Positions 1 through 11,232 of a DNA stretch of 64,000 bases are shown one piece after another. The DNA is taken from NCBI GenBank assembly GCA_016699365.1, contig CP064973.1, positions 639,916 to 703,915 on the forward strand, written 5' to 3'. The notes below the pieces were generated by a model. That model worked only from the letters and a program-made list of their open reading frames with translations. It ran no database searches and was not told where the DNA came from. A program made the translations under genes and the position numbers. The first letter of the stretch is position 1. Each line of letters starts with the position of its first letter. This DNA comes from Candidatus Nomurabacteria bacterium (lineage in GTDB: Bacteria > Patescibacteriota > Minisyncoccia > Phycocordibacterales > UBA9973).

Positions 1-1046
1 ATAGGAATCAACTGCTGAACAGATCCTTTGCCATAAGTTTTATTACCTATGAGGGTCGCTTTTCCATATTCTTGGAGAGCTCCAGCAAATATCTCTGATG
101 CAGATGCAGATCCTTCATCTACAAGTATAACCATATTTAAGGCACCTTTGCCAATATTGTAGCCGTGACTTCTATATACTACATCCTCTACATCTCCACC
201 ATATGACTCTATGGCAACAACCTGACCTTTTGGTATAAACCAACTAGATATATCAACAGCTCCATCTAAATATCCTCCTGGATTACCGCGCACGTCGACG
301 ATAAGTTTATTTGTATTTGATTTACTAAATTCATACATAGCCTGATCAAATAAATCTGTTGCGTTAGAAGAGAAATTGTACAAAGATATCACAAATATTC
401 CATCATCATTCATCTTATATGAAAGTGTGGGTATCTCTATTATCTGACCGACCACAGAAACTTCTCTAGACTCTTCAGAGCCGAGCGACAAAACTGTCAA
501 TTTAACTTCTGTGCCTATATCTCCACGAATAAGCTCAATCGCCTCATCAAGGGTCATATCTGCAGTTGAAACTGAATTTATCTTCAATATAAGATCGCCT
601 GATCTAAGACCTGCTTTATCTGCCGGAGTATTCTCTAGTGGTGCAATAACAACCAAAACACCGTCTTTCTGACCTATCTCAATTCCTATTCCACTAAATT
701 CACCATTTATACTTTCTTCAAAAGACTTAGTTTCCTTTGGATCAAAGAAATTTGAATGTGGATCACCCAAAGACTCAACTAGACCCTTTGTTGCTCCCCA
801 AATCTTGTCCTGATTGCTAATATTTTTTGCATCTGGATATTTTTCTTCAATCTCATTCCACACTTCCCAAAACGGAGCGAAATCTGCCTCTTCAGTAGAT
901 ATTTCTGCTTCTTTATTTGTTACTGCAATAACTTTATCTACAGCAGGCCGATTGTTATAGCCGAAAGATACACCAGCAAAAAATATAACTACTATTATTA
1001 CTAGACTTGCAAATACATATTTAAAATTTGTTTTAATCTTTTCCAT
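1..1046 (-). CDS. carboxy-terminal processing peptidase, S41 family (N-terminal ~348 aa; 3' end beyond window start)
   Basis: Own translation of the minus strand from ATG 1046-1044 gives MEKIKTNFKYVFASLVIIVV... It has an N-terminal TM anchor, a PDZ-like segment (GLRSGDLILKINS) and an S41 core (VDVRGNPGGYLDGAVD, DEGSASASEIFAGALQ). The gene is not in the ORF track because it runs off the window. Confidence 0.7.
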   Translation of the reverse strand, partial: MEKIKTNFKYVFASLVIIVVIFFAGVSFGYNNRPAVDKVIAVTNKEAEISTEEADFAPFWEVWNEIEEKYPDAKNISNQDKIWGATKGLVESLGDPHSNFFDPKETKSFEESINGEFSGIGIEIGQKDGVLVVIAPLENTPADKAGLRSGDLILKINSVSTADMTLDEAIELIRGDIGTEVKLTVLSLGSEESREVSVVGQIIEIPTLSYKMNDDGIFVISLYNFSSNATDLFDQAMYEFSKSNTNKLIVDVRGNPGGYLDGAVDISSWFIPKGQVVAIESYGGDVEDVVYRSHGYNIGKGALNMVILVDEGSASASEIFAGALQEYGKATLIGNKTYGKGSVQQLIP

Positions 1047-1053
1047 AATTTTA

Positions 1054-2226
1054 TTATTCGTTTAATGCTGCTTTAGTGTAAGTGTTTGCTGGGTCCCATA
1101 GAAGCCATGAGTCTATACCCAAGTCTTCTGTAGCATCTATCTGCTCCCTAACCATACTTGGCGTATAAGTGGCCCCCATATTGAAATCTTGTAGCCAAGG
1201 TCTTAACTTGTTTATATCTTCTCCGATTGCAATAGTTCTGTCTACCGCACCTTGCATGGAAAGTTTTATAACTTCATATGGATTTGCTGCTGGGTTTGCA
1301 AATCCATTCCATGTTGCCGGATAATGTGAGGGATATACCATAGGAGAAACATAATCAAAATTTCTTACTGCATCTTCTAGTATTTGACCTATGTTGAGAT
1401 CATCTGTATTGGTTGTCGTCATACCAAATATATCTGCTGAAATAGGTATACCCTCTTCTTCAAAAGAACTGTTTAAATGTTCAAAAAAAGATCTCATTAC
1501 ATCTGCTTTCACCAACCCTTCACTTACTGGATAATATATATCCTTCATGTTTCCATCAGACGGAAATCTAATGTAATCAAAATTTAATTCATCAAAACCT
1601 CTGTTGTAAGCCTCTTTCCCGACGGCTACATTGTAGTCCCATACCTTGGTAGAACCTGCATCAATCCAGTGCATTCCTTTTCTATCTCCCCAAGCGATAC
1701 TTTTATCACTAGATTTTTTTACTGCTTCAGATGGCCATTCTTTTACCAAATAAGGGTCTTGAAAAACTGCAATTCGAGCTATTACATATATACCTTTTGA
1801 GTGTAGTAGTTCTATGAGTCCATCTACATCTCTGATTCTATTTTCTGAAGCACCAATTTCTGTTAAATAAGGATCGTTGGTCGCAAAAGATATTCTACCT
1901 GTAGAATCCTTAACATCTATAACTACTGCATTTACTTCTGTAGTATCTATAATCTCAATCATACTGTCTCTGAAATCAGTAGTCCCTGCTACCCAACTAG
2001 ACATATACAAACCCTTAACTACTTCTGGAGTTTCTATATGAGAAACTTTCTTTGTCTCTACAAGTTCACTTATTATACTGTCTTCTACCTCTTGTTTTGC
2101 AGCTTCTTCTGCAAAATTTGTTGAGTTATATCTATTTGCAAAAACATATGGCACAGCAAAGTATAGTCCTACAGCTATAGAAACAAAAAATATTGCTGTA
2201 ACTGCCTTGTGCGCCAAATTTCTCAT
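1054..2226 (-). CDS. putative glycoside-hydrolase-like protein (DUF4015/YngK-like), N-terminal signal anchor
   Basis: 390-aa ORF with an N-terminal TM segment. A GHL-type TIM-barrel-like pattern (WIDAGS, FDELNFDYIRFP) is recalled from memory. No catalytic assignment was verified. Confidence 0.45.
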   Translation of the reverse strand: MRNLAHKAVTAIFFVSIAVGLYFAVPYVFANRYNSTNFAEEAAKQEVEDSIISELVETKKVSHIETPEVVKGLYMSSWVAGTTDFRDSMIEIIDTTEVNAVVIDVKDSTGRISFATNDPYLTEIGASENRIRDVDGLIELLHSKGIYVIARIAVFQDPYLVKEWPSEAVKKSSDKSIAWGDRKGMHWIDAGSTKVWDYNVAVGKEAYNRGFDELNFDYIRFPSDGNMKDIYYPVSEGLVKADVMRSFFEHLNSSFEEEGIPISADIFGMTTTNTDDLNIGQILEDAVRNFDYVSPMVYPSHYPATWNGFANPAANPYEVIKLSMQGAVDRTIAIGEDINKLRPWLQDFNMGATYTPSMVREQIDATEDLGIDSWLLWDPANTYTKAALNE

Positions 2227-2438
2227 ATGCTTTCTATTGTCGGAGTATTATTTTCTTTTATTTTTATATCTGGTCTTGAGCGTATAGATTTTTTATAAAA
2301 TACGTATGCTATAAAACACACTCCTAAGCCTGATATGATAAATAATATCCTTCGTACTGAAACTGGAAACCCTAAAAATGATAATAACGCTATCCAAATA
2401 CCTAGGAAAAATAAAATTCTTTCGTATGACATATTCAT
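2223..2438 (-). CDS. small hypothetical membrane protein (71 aa, 2 TM)
   Basis: ORF track. Hydrophobic and overlaps the downstream gene start by 4 nt (operon coupling). Confidence 0.35.
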   Translation of the reverse strand: MNMSYERILFFLGIWIALLSFLGFPVSVRRILFIISGLGVCFIAYVFYKKSIRSRPDIKIKENNTPTIESI

Positions 2439-2476
2439 AATTATATATTATTTTAAAATAATAAAGAAACTCGGGA

Positions 2477-3160
2477 TTATCTACCACTAACCACTACCAC
2501 AAATTCTCCGCGAACCTTGTCTTTGTTGGTTAAAAAGTAATTCTGTATATATTCGGCATCTCCTCTAACAACTTCTTCAAAATGCTTTGTAAGCTCCCGA
2601 CTAATTGCGACTATACGGTCTTTGTCTAAATATTTTACAAGCTCTGCAATAGTCTTTTCTATCCTATGAGGAGATTCATAAAACATGACAGTCCTTTTTG
2701 ATTCAGATATTTCTTTGAATAAAGTTTCTCTACCTTTTTTATGAGGCAAGAAACCTAAAAAAGTAAATTCATTTCCACTTATACCAGATATTGAGTAAGC
2801 GCTAGTTAGCGCACTTGCACCAGGAACCGCTACTATCTTTACTTCACCTGCCAAATCTTTATGAACTCGCTCTACAAGTAAAACTCCTGGATCAGAAATC
2901 GCAGGAGTTCCTGCATCAGATACGAGTGCTACGTCTTTCCCATCTTTCAAAAGATCAATTATGTGTTCTTCTTTACCTTTTGTACTGTGACTGTGATAAC
3001 TAGTAGTAGGAGTTTTTATACCGTAATGATCCAATAAAACTTTTGTGGTCCTTGTATCTTCACAGGCAATTATAGAAACTTCTTTGAGTATTCGAATAGC
3101 TCTAAAAGTCATATCTTCTAGATTGCCTATAGGAGTTGCGACAACAAAAAGTGTAGACAT
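2477..3160 (-). CDS. rsmI: 16S rRNA (cytidine1402-2'-O)-methyltransferase
   Basis: The motif MSTLFVVATPIGNLEDMTFRAIRILKEV...ACEDTR...DAGTPAISDPG is the RsmI/tetrapyrrole-methylase fold. The start was reset to the internal ATG at 3160-3158, which overlaps the upstream stop by 1 nt (TAATG). Confidence 0.85.
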   Translation of the reverse strand: MSTLFVVATPIGNLEDMTFRAIRILKEVSIIACEDTRTTKVLLDHYGIKTPTTSYHSHSTKGKEEHIIDLLKDGKDVALVSDAGTPAISDPGVLLVERVHKDLAGEVKIVAVPGASALTSAYSISGISGNEFTFLGFLPHKKGRETLFKEISESKRTVMFYESPHRIEKTIAELVKYLDKDRIVAISRELTKHFEEVVRGDAEYIQNYFLTNKDKVRGEFVVVVSGR

Positions 3161-3570
3161 TAGGAAAACAATCTCATAATCCAATAATACATGAAGGCTA
3201 CTATAGCAGACAGGACTCCTCCCCAAAGAGTATCGACAATGAGTAGTGACTTTGGCCAAAATGCTAGGGTGCTGTAATTTGTAAATTCATATACACCATA
3301 TATACATACCCCCAAAATAAACGCGGACACTACACCTGTCAAAAGCCCTTTAGTCTCAATTGCTGGGTATATAAAATACGCAAACGCAAAAGAAAGTAGT
3401 ACGTACACCACAAGAGCTGGTGCTATGTTTACAGTTAACAATCCATCCTTCATTTTACCTATTGGAGCGAGTGCTTCTGAATAAAATTTGCGAGTTATAT
3501 TACCTATCCAAACCCAATCAAGCCCAATAAACAAAACAAACGATATTAGAAACGAATATATATATTGCAT
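3160..3570 (-). CDS. DUF2177-like integral membrane protein
   Basis: 136 aa with 4 predicted TM helices. The family assignment is from memory of the DUF2177 pattern. Confidence 0.4.
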   Translation of the reverse strand: MQYIYSFLISFVLFIGLDWVWIGNITRKFYSEALAPIGKMKDGLLTVNIAPALVVYVLLSFAFAYFIYPAIETKGLLTGVVSAFILGVCIYGVYEFTNYSTLAFWPKSLLIVDTLWGGVLSAIVAFMYYWIMRLFS

Positions 3571-3618
3571 AGATTTATTTTAGCAAAAAAGGCTTAATTT
3601 ATAAAGAAATCAATATAC

Positions 3619-3647
3619 TTGACAATATCATATATATATGATATACT
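3619..3647 (+). promoter_or_regulatory. sigma70-like promoter (TTGACA-17 bp-TgaTATACT)
   Basis: Perfect -35 TTGACA at 3619-3624, a 17-bp spacer, an extended -10 at 3642-3647, and an intrinsic terminator about 110 nt downstream. Confidence 0.5.
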
Positions 3648-3654
3648 TTCTGGG

Positions 3655-3766
3655 TATGAAGAAATGTTCTCTGCTTTACAGGTGTCTGTAAAAAACACCT
3701 AATTATTGGAAGAAATTCCGTGGACTCGCGCCTTTTGAAAAAAGGGCGCGTTTTTTTATTTAATTT
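3655..3766 (+). ncRNA. candidate small transcript 1 (promoter-to-terminator unit, ~110 nt)
   Basis: Bounded by the 3619 promoter and the hairpin GGACTCGCGCC-TTTTGAAAAAA-GGGCGCG followed by T7 (3729-3766). Contains only an 11-codon ORF. Confidence 0.3.
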
Positions 3767-3784
3767 ATTGAAGAATTAAAGTAC

Positions 3785-3813
3785 TTGACAAAAGTATCGC
3801 AATATGATACTAT
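3785..3813 (+). promoter_or_regulatory. sigma70-like promoter (TTGACA-17 bp-TACTAT)
   Basis: Second copy of the same promoter architecture, 166 bp downstream of the first. The spacer ends in atatgaTAC as in unit 1. Confidence 0.45.
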
Positions 3814-3819
3814 ATACAC

Positions 3820-3950
3820 ATACCAGTACAAATGAAAGCTTACGAAAAATGCCGTGGACCCACAGTCTCGGCAAAAAACAACTTAGAGGAATAAACCCCT
3901 CAGTCGACTCGCAGTTATCCTACAAGATAGCTGCGTTTTTTTTATTTGGT
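3820..3950 (+). ncRNA. candidate small transcript 2 (~130 nt)
   Basis: Promoter at 3785 and terminator GCAGTTATC-CTACAA-GATAGCTGC followed by T8 (3910-3950). Shares the 8-mer CCGTGGAC with unit 1. Its best ORF is 20 codons. Confidence 0.3.
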
Positions 3951-4835
3951 TAAGATATTTTCAGATTTTTTGGCTAGACACTCATCTGAACAAAAACCTT
4001 CCCCACTTTCTGTTAAGCAATTTTCACAACAAATAAAATGTCTGTGGCATGCTAGGTTTCCGCAGTTTACATAATGCTCAGATGGAGATTCACACCTATC
4101 ACAGCGACCTACAACCTCGTGTTTATCACCATTGAAATTCATAGTCACTCGCCCATCGAAAACATATAAACTTCCTTTGAAATTTTCACCTGGATATTTT
4201 TCCATATAACTTACAATCCCACCGTCGAGTTGGTATACATCTTTGAATCCTTCTTTTTTCAAAAATCCTGAAGCCTTTTCACAACGCACTCCGCCAGTAC
4301 ATACAGTCAAAACGGTCTTGTCTTTCAATTCAGCTAGTGCGTCTACTTTTTCGCGTAGATCACGAAAATTTTCTAGTCCAGGAAAAATCGTTCCTTCAAA
4401 TTTTCCAGTTTTCAACTCATAGTCGTTGCGCATATCTACAATATAAAAATCTTTATTTTCTTCATACCATTTTTTGAGTTCGTATGGTTTCAATCTCTTA
4501 CCTGTAAGTTTATTTGGATTTATATCACCCTCCTCACCTAAATGAAGTGAGACAATTTCCGGACGAACCTTTACAGACAGCCTTGGAAACGCATTACCAG
4601 TACCTTCGCTTCTCTTCCAGTGAATATCAGAAAAGCCTCGGCGTCCACTCATCCATGTTATGTATTTCTCTATATTCTCAGTCGTACCTTCAAGAGTCGC
4701 ATTGATTCCCTCCTCTGCCACTATAGTGCGTCCAGTAAGCCCTAAAACCTCAGATATGCCCCTTTGCATACCCATTTCAACCTTGGGGTCCTTGACCTTC
4801 GTGTATTTATAAAATAGTAGTATTGTGTATTTCAC
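3942..4835 (-). CDS. trhO: tRNA uridine(34) hydroxylase / rhodanese-domain protein (UPF0176, YceA)
   Basis: N-terminal LLFYKY...DP, rhodanese Cys loop TVCTGGVRCEKAS, and a C-terminal Cys-rich tail typical of TrhO. Confidence 0.75.
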   Translation of the reverse strand: MKYTILLFYKYTKVKDPKVEMGMQRGISEVLGLTGRTIVAEEGINATLEGTTENIEKYITWMSGRRGFSDIHWKRSEGTGNAFPRLSVKVRPEIVSLHLGEEGDINPNKLTGKRLKPYELKKWYEENKDFYIVDMRNDYELKTGKFEGTIFPGLENFRDLREKVDALAELKDKTVLTVCTGGVRCEKASGFLKKEGFKDVYQLDGGIVSYMEKYPGENFKGSLYVFDGRVTMNFNGDKHEVVGRCDRCESPSEHYVNCGNLACHRHFICCENCLTESGEGFCSDECLAKKSENILTK

Positions 4836-4867
4836 CCTTTTAATATATACGTTTTGGATAAAAAAAT

Positions 4868-4889
4868 AAACCCCTCAATTGAGGGGTTT
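4868..4889 (-). terminator. intrinsic terminator (AAACCCCTC-AATT-GAGGGGTTT, T-rich on minus strand)
   Basis: Perfect palindromic GC stem immediately 3' of the prs stop. Confidence 0.6.
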
Positions 4890-4897
4890 AAAGTACA

Positions 4898-5881
4898 TTA
4901 GAAATCTTCTACTAGACCATTAACGGATTCTCCAGTATGAATACGATATATAATATCGGCAAGTCTTGGAGCAACAGAAAGTATTTTCAAACCTGGAAAC
5001 ATTTTTTCTTTTGGAATAGGAATGGTGTCCGTAATGATTACTTCTTTAAAATCTTGATCTGCTAATTTGTCTAAGCCACCATCAGATCCTATCATGTGTG
5101 TAATAGCGAGAATTACGCTTTTAGCACCTTTTTCCATAAGAGATTTTTTGGCGGTGAAAATGGTATTACCAGTGTCGAAAATATCGTCGATCAATATCAC
5201 ATCGCATCCTTCGACATCTCCAATCAACGTCATCTCGCCAACAATATTTGTACCAGGACGATCTTTATCGTAAATTACTCTCGATAAGTGATACCTGTCT
5301 GCAATTTTTCTTGTAGGCTTAGTTGACCCTAGGTCAGGACCACACAATCTATATCCGTCAGGGTTATGTCTTACATATTTTTCGACAATGTAATCCATGA
5401 TCAAAGAATTCGTGCTGATATTATCGCACGGGATATCAAAGAAACCTTGAATTGTAGGATTGTGAAGTTTTACTGTTACAAACTGATTCACTCCTGCTCT
5501 TTCTAACTGATTGGCAAGTAATCTTGCGCTGATCGGATGACGAGGCTTGTCTTTACGATCCTGACGAGTATACGGCATATGCGGCATTACCAAACATATA
5601 GAACCCGCTGACGCCAATTTCAAAGCATCAACCAGAATCAATGATTCCCAAATATGAGAATGCACATCATCCCCAAACGCTGACTGGATTATGAAAGTAT
5701 CACAGCCTCTGACTGATTCGAGAGGTCTTGTCATAATCTCGCCACACTTAAATTTGAAAAATTCCTTGTCTGTAATTTTCAAACCAAGATCATTATTATT
5801 TTTGATTATCTCAGCAATAATCTCTGTTGTCAGATCATGAGAAGTGCTCCCTGCAAAAATCTTTAATTTGCCATTTTTCAT
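4898..5881 (-). CDS. prs: ribose-phosphate pyrophosphokinase (PRPP synthetase)
   Basis: Prs N-terminus KLKIFAGSTSHDLT, PRPP-binding loop ILIDDIFDTGNT, and the flexible loop MPYTRQDRKDKPRHPISARL. The track ORF starts at GTG 5923. The ATG at 5881 (MKNGKLKIF) is the better start. Confidence 0.9.
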   Translation of the reverse strand: MKNGKLKIFAGSTSHDLTTEIIAEIIKNNNDLGLKITDKEFFKFKCGEIMTRPLESVRGCDTFIIQSAFGDDVHSHIWESLILVDALKLASAGSICLVMPHMPYTRQDRKDKPRHPISARLLANQLERAGVNQFVTVKLHNPTIQGFFDIPCDNISTNSLIMDYIVEKYVRHNPDGYRLCGPDLGSTKPTRKIADRYHLSRVIYDKDRPGTNIVGEMTLIGDVEGCDVILIDDIFDTGNTIFTAKKSLMEKGAKSVILAITHMIGSDGGLDKLADQDFKEVIITDTIPIPKEKMFPGLKILSVAPRLADIIYRIHTGESVNGLVEDF

Positions 5882-5920
5882 ATCTTTATTTTTTGTGAAA
5901 AGAACAGGTACATCATAGCA

Positions 5921-5943
5921 CACTTTACATATTTAGTAAAGTG
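5921..5943. promoter_or_regulatory. 23-bp perfect palindrome CACTTTAC-N7-GTAAAGTG overlapping the predicted prs promoter (candidate operator)
   Basis: Read directly. On the minus strand the prs promoter TTTACT-17-TgcTATGAT sits over the palindrome. The same half-site recurs at 45196-45212. Confidence 0.4.
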
Positions 5944-5983
5944 TGTTTAAAAGTAATATTTAGAAAAAACTATAAACTAGTGA

Positions 5984-6794
5984 TTATTTATGAAATCTAC
6001 CGAAAATCTTCTTTCCTGGATAAAGTGGTATAAGAGAACTTGTTACTTTTTTGTATTCATCAAACTCAGCATTACCTTTGTATCTTGCTTCTGTCATAGG
6101 AACACCGGAAACTTTCGTTATGAGATATGTGATAGTGAGCGGTCCAACTATACTCCACCAAGGAACGCCCGCAGATAGCGAAACTATCCACACTCCCCAC
6201 CACATAGTCACTTCACCGAAATAGTTCGGATGTCGAGTGAGGGACCAAAGGCCACTTTTCATAATCTTGCCTTTGTTTGCAGGATCTTTGAGAAACGTCG
6301 CAAGCTGTTTATCTCCTACTGATTCATATATGAATCCAATCACCCATATTCCCAAGGCCAACTATGTCCAAAACTGTCGGAAACATATTGCCTGCATTTT
6401 TCGACACAAGCATCACTGGTATAGATATGAGAAGTAGTAAAAAACCTTGAAGCAAGAATACTTGTAAGTAACTTCGTAAATAAAACCACTTTCCCCAATC
6501 CATTCTCCATTTTGCGTAACGAGGATCTTCGGCTTTGTTTTTGTTACGAGCATATATATGAGTAGCGAGCCTCATACCCCAGATGAAAACTAATAAAGCC
6601 AAAAATACACTTCGGATATCTAAAGAGCCGCTAATTATATATCCATAAAAAACAGAAACTACAGCAACTATTATAAAACCGAGCCCCCAACCTATGTCTG
6701 CAATATCATTGCGCTTGTTTATGATAGCGGCAACATACAAAAGAGACATGTAAACAAATATGAGTAATGAACAAATTATGAAAATGTTTTGCAT
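5984..6794 (-). pseudogene. DUF1295 family membrane protein (RHPNYFGE motif; steroid-5alpha-reductase/ICMT-like) disrupted by a +/-1 frameshift near 6340-6352
   Basis: Two overlapping minus-strand ORFs (6324-6794 and 5984-6361) in different frames together make one ~270-aa DUF1295-like protein. The junction reads ...TVLDIVGL | ALGIWVIGF... Confidence 0.55.
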
Positions 6795-6962
6795 AAACCA
6801 ATTTTAACAAAAATAGTCCCAAACAGCTATTTCATACTTTGTACTTTCGGGTTCCCGTTTTGAGGTTTGAAGTTTCTGAACTATGAATACATAATAGTAC
6901 TTTTATTTTACTGGCATTTACAATATTAACGATCCGTAGTATAAATACAAAAATTATTTAAT

Positions 6963-7544
6963 ATGCTAAGAAACATAATCAACCTGGTTCTGAAGATTTT
7001 AGGACTTGGTCTTATTCGCAAAACGTATTACAAAGCTTTTGAACCGAACAACATAAGTTTGGAATACCGCATTATTGCCTACAAATCTGGAAATAAAGAG
7101 AGATTCGTTATAGAAAAACGTAAAGTGACCGACATTATCTGGACACCACTCTTGAAAGATTGTTTGGATGTATATACAAAACGTTGGGAAATGAATGATT
7201 ACGGATATGCTTGGAAGGAAAACAAGTATACATACAGAGATAGGCATGGCCGTGGCTTCGCAATCGTCAAAAGTAATGGTAATTGTGAGACTTATGAGCA
7301 AGCTCTTGAGTTTATTTCTTACCAACCCGGACAAGTACATATGCAAAATGAAGATGGTGAGTCTGTAATCCAATTGTGGGCAAACAACCAAATCGCTAGA
7401 AATTTTGTAGGTGATACTCGCGTCGAAAAACATGTATCACGTATTGGAATATTTTATTCAAATAAAGATACATTTTTTGAAAGTAACGGACCCTATTGGG
7501 AAGAATATTTTGAGAGAGTGTATAATCACAAAAAAATTGCTTAA
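6963..7544 (+). CDS. hypothetical protein (193 aa)
   Basis: Intact ORF with its own terminator. No recognisable motifs. Confidence 0.45.
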   Translation: MLRNIINLVLKILGLGLIRKTYYKAFEPNNISLEYRIIAYKSGNKERFVIEKRKVTDIIWTPLLKDCLDVYTKRWEMNDYGYAWKENKYTYRDRHGRGFAIVKSNGNCETYEQALEFISYQPGQVHMQNEDGESVIQLWANNQIARNFVGDTRVEKHVSRIGIFYSNKDTFFESNGPYWEEYFERVYNHKKIA

Positions 7545-7561
7545 TAAAAAGCACAAAACGC

Positions 7562-7590
7562 AAATGCTGACAGATTGTCAGCATTTTTTA
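7562..7590. terminator. bidirectional intrinsic terminator (AATGCTGACA-GAT-TGTCAGCATT)
   Basis: 10-bp perfect stem between the convergent genes 6963-7544 and atpC. Confidence 0.6.
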
Positions 7591-8025
7591 TTACATTCGA
7601 TATTTTCTATTCTTCCATTTGTCAGCGATTTTGACTCGAGTGAGAGAACGTTCGAGTTCGGCTTCGTAGTGCTCGAAGTCGACAACAGATGCGTCGTCTT
7701 TCATGCGCTTGAGCTCTTCTGCACGTGCGCGAGCTTTGGTTACTGCATCGTCTGAGAGATCACTAACATGCTCAGCGAAGTCAGCAAGTATTTTGACTTG
7801 ATCGTTTGATACTTCGATGAATCCTCCTGAGACTGCCATCGGCACGTCTTCACCATTTACTCGAGCAACAATGTCGCCTGAAGCAAGTGAGGAGATAAGT
7901 GCGATGTGTCCTGGAAGAACTGTTATCTCCCCTTCTCCTGTCGGCAAAACAACCTGATCGACTGCTTCGTCGAGGACGATACGTTCTGGAGTGATTATTT
8001 TTAATTGTAATTGTTTAATACTCAT
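7591..8025 (-). CDS. atpC: F1Fo ATP synthase subunit epsilon
   Basis: LKIITPERIVLDEAVDQVVLPTGEGEITVLPGH matches the epsilon beta-sandwich, followed by a C-terminal helical hairpin. Confidence 0.85.
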   Translation of the reverse strand: MSIKQLQLKIITPERIVLDEAVDQVVLPTGEGEITVLPGHIALISSLASGDIVARVNGEDVPMAVSGGFIEVSNDQVKILADFAEHVSDLSDDAVTKARARAEELKRMKDDASVVDFEHYEAELERSLTRVKIADKWKNRKYRM

Positions 8026-8030
8026 AAGTA

Positions 8031-9973
<1,943 letters not shown>

Positions 9974-9980
9974 ATATTTT

Positions 9981-10886
9981 TTAACTCACACTCGCCATAC
10001 CGGCACTAATTTCTGATATTTCTTTTGTGATCGCAGCCTGGCGTGCTTTGTTGAACGCTAGTGTCAGATCGTCGATCATCTCCCCAGCAGCCTCCGAAGC
10101 ATTCTTCATCGCCATCATGCGAGAAGACTGTTCAGATGCAGAAGATTCTAGAATCATCTGGTATACCTGCGCTCGTGCAATCTTTTCAACAAGCTTTGAC
10201 ATAAGAGCGTCGTAGCCCGGTTCGAAGACATAACTTACAGTTGACGGTTCTGAGACTACAGAAGGCTCAGAATCATTTTTACCCAAATGTTCAACAGACT
10301 CTTTCACTTCAGTTTTAGATATTGGGAGAATTGGTTTGATTGTTGGTTTGGAAACGAGAGCGGAAACAAAGTCTGTATATGCAATATACACTTTATCAAA
10401 TGAACCATTTGCAAAATCTTCAATCAAAAGGTTTCCGATTGGTGCAACGTCACGAAGTGTTGCGTTGTCTGGAAGTTCTGTAAATGATGCTACGATGTTT
10501 TGTCCGATACGACGAAGCGCTGCTTCTCCTTTTTTTCCAACAGCAACGAAACTCAGATTAACTTCTGTGTCGTTTTTTATCATATCAATAACACGTCGGA
10601 TGATCTGTGCATTGTATGCACCACAGAGTCCACGATTGGATGAAATGAGAACAACAAGAACATTCTTGACCTCGCGCTTTTTGAGTAGCGGATGCTCGCT
10701 TTCTGTTGAAATAGCAGACAAAGACTCGAGTATTTCCCATGATGCTCGTGCATATGGACGAGCAGAAAGAGTTGCGTTGACTGCACGCTTCATTTTGGAA
10801 GCAGAAACCAGCTCCATCGCTTTGGTTATCTTCTTCGTGTTTTTGACCGATTTGATTCGGCGCTTAATGTCTAGTGATCCTGCCAT
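9981..10886 (-). CDS. atpG: F1Fo ATP synthase subunit gamma
   Basis: N-terminal MAGSLDIKRRIKSVKNTKKITKAMELVSASKMKRA and C-terminal ...ITKEISEI match the gamma termini. Confidence 0.9.
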   Translation of the reverse strand: MAGSLDIKRRIKSVKNTKKITKAMELVSASKMKRAVNATLSARPYARASWEILESLSAISTESEHPLLKKREVKNVLVVLISSNRGLCGAYNAQIIRRVIDMIKNDTEVNLSFVAVGKKGEAALRRIGQNIVASFTELPDNATLRDVAPIGNLLIEDFANGSFDKVYIAYTDFVSALVSKPTIKPILPISKTEVKESVEHLGKNDSEPSVVSEPSTVSYVFEPGYDALMSKLVEKIARAQVYQMILESSASEQSSRMMAMKNASEAAGEMIDDLTLAFNKARQAAITKEISEISAGMASVS

Positions 10887-10890
10887 AAAA

Positions 10891-11208
10891 TTAGGAACCT
10901 ACTGAAAATAATAATATTATTCCTGCCACTGCAAATACACAGTTAACAGTTGAAACAGCCATCAATGTTATATCTTCTTTTATACGTCCAACATTCTCAG
11001 TCTTTCGCACATAGTTTATCAGGAACTTAATTACTCCGGTAAGCGAAAAAATAATAGTTAAAACTAATAGAGAAATTAGCGCAAGGAAAAGTAGGCGTAC
11101 CAAATCGCCAAGTTCATCTTGTTTGGCGAGCAAAAAAGTAAAAGACAATGATTCTGCAATCCAGAGAATCATAAGTCCAATATTAATTTTTAGCAGTCCG
11201 TTTTTCAT
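10891..11208 (-). CDS. hypothetical membrane protein (105 aa, 3 TM)
   Basis: ORF inside the atp operon between atpA and atpG. Confidence 0.35.
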   Translation of the reverse strand: MKNGLLKINIGLMILWIAESLSFTFLLAKQDELGDLVRLLFLALISLLVLTIIFSLTGVIKFLINYVRKTENVGRIKEDITLMAVSTVNCVFAVAGIILLFSVGS

Positions 11209-11232
11209 ATCAATTTATCCTTGGTATAAATA

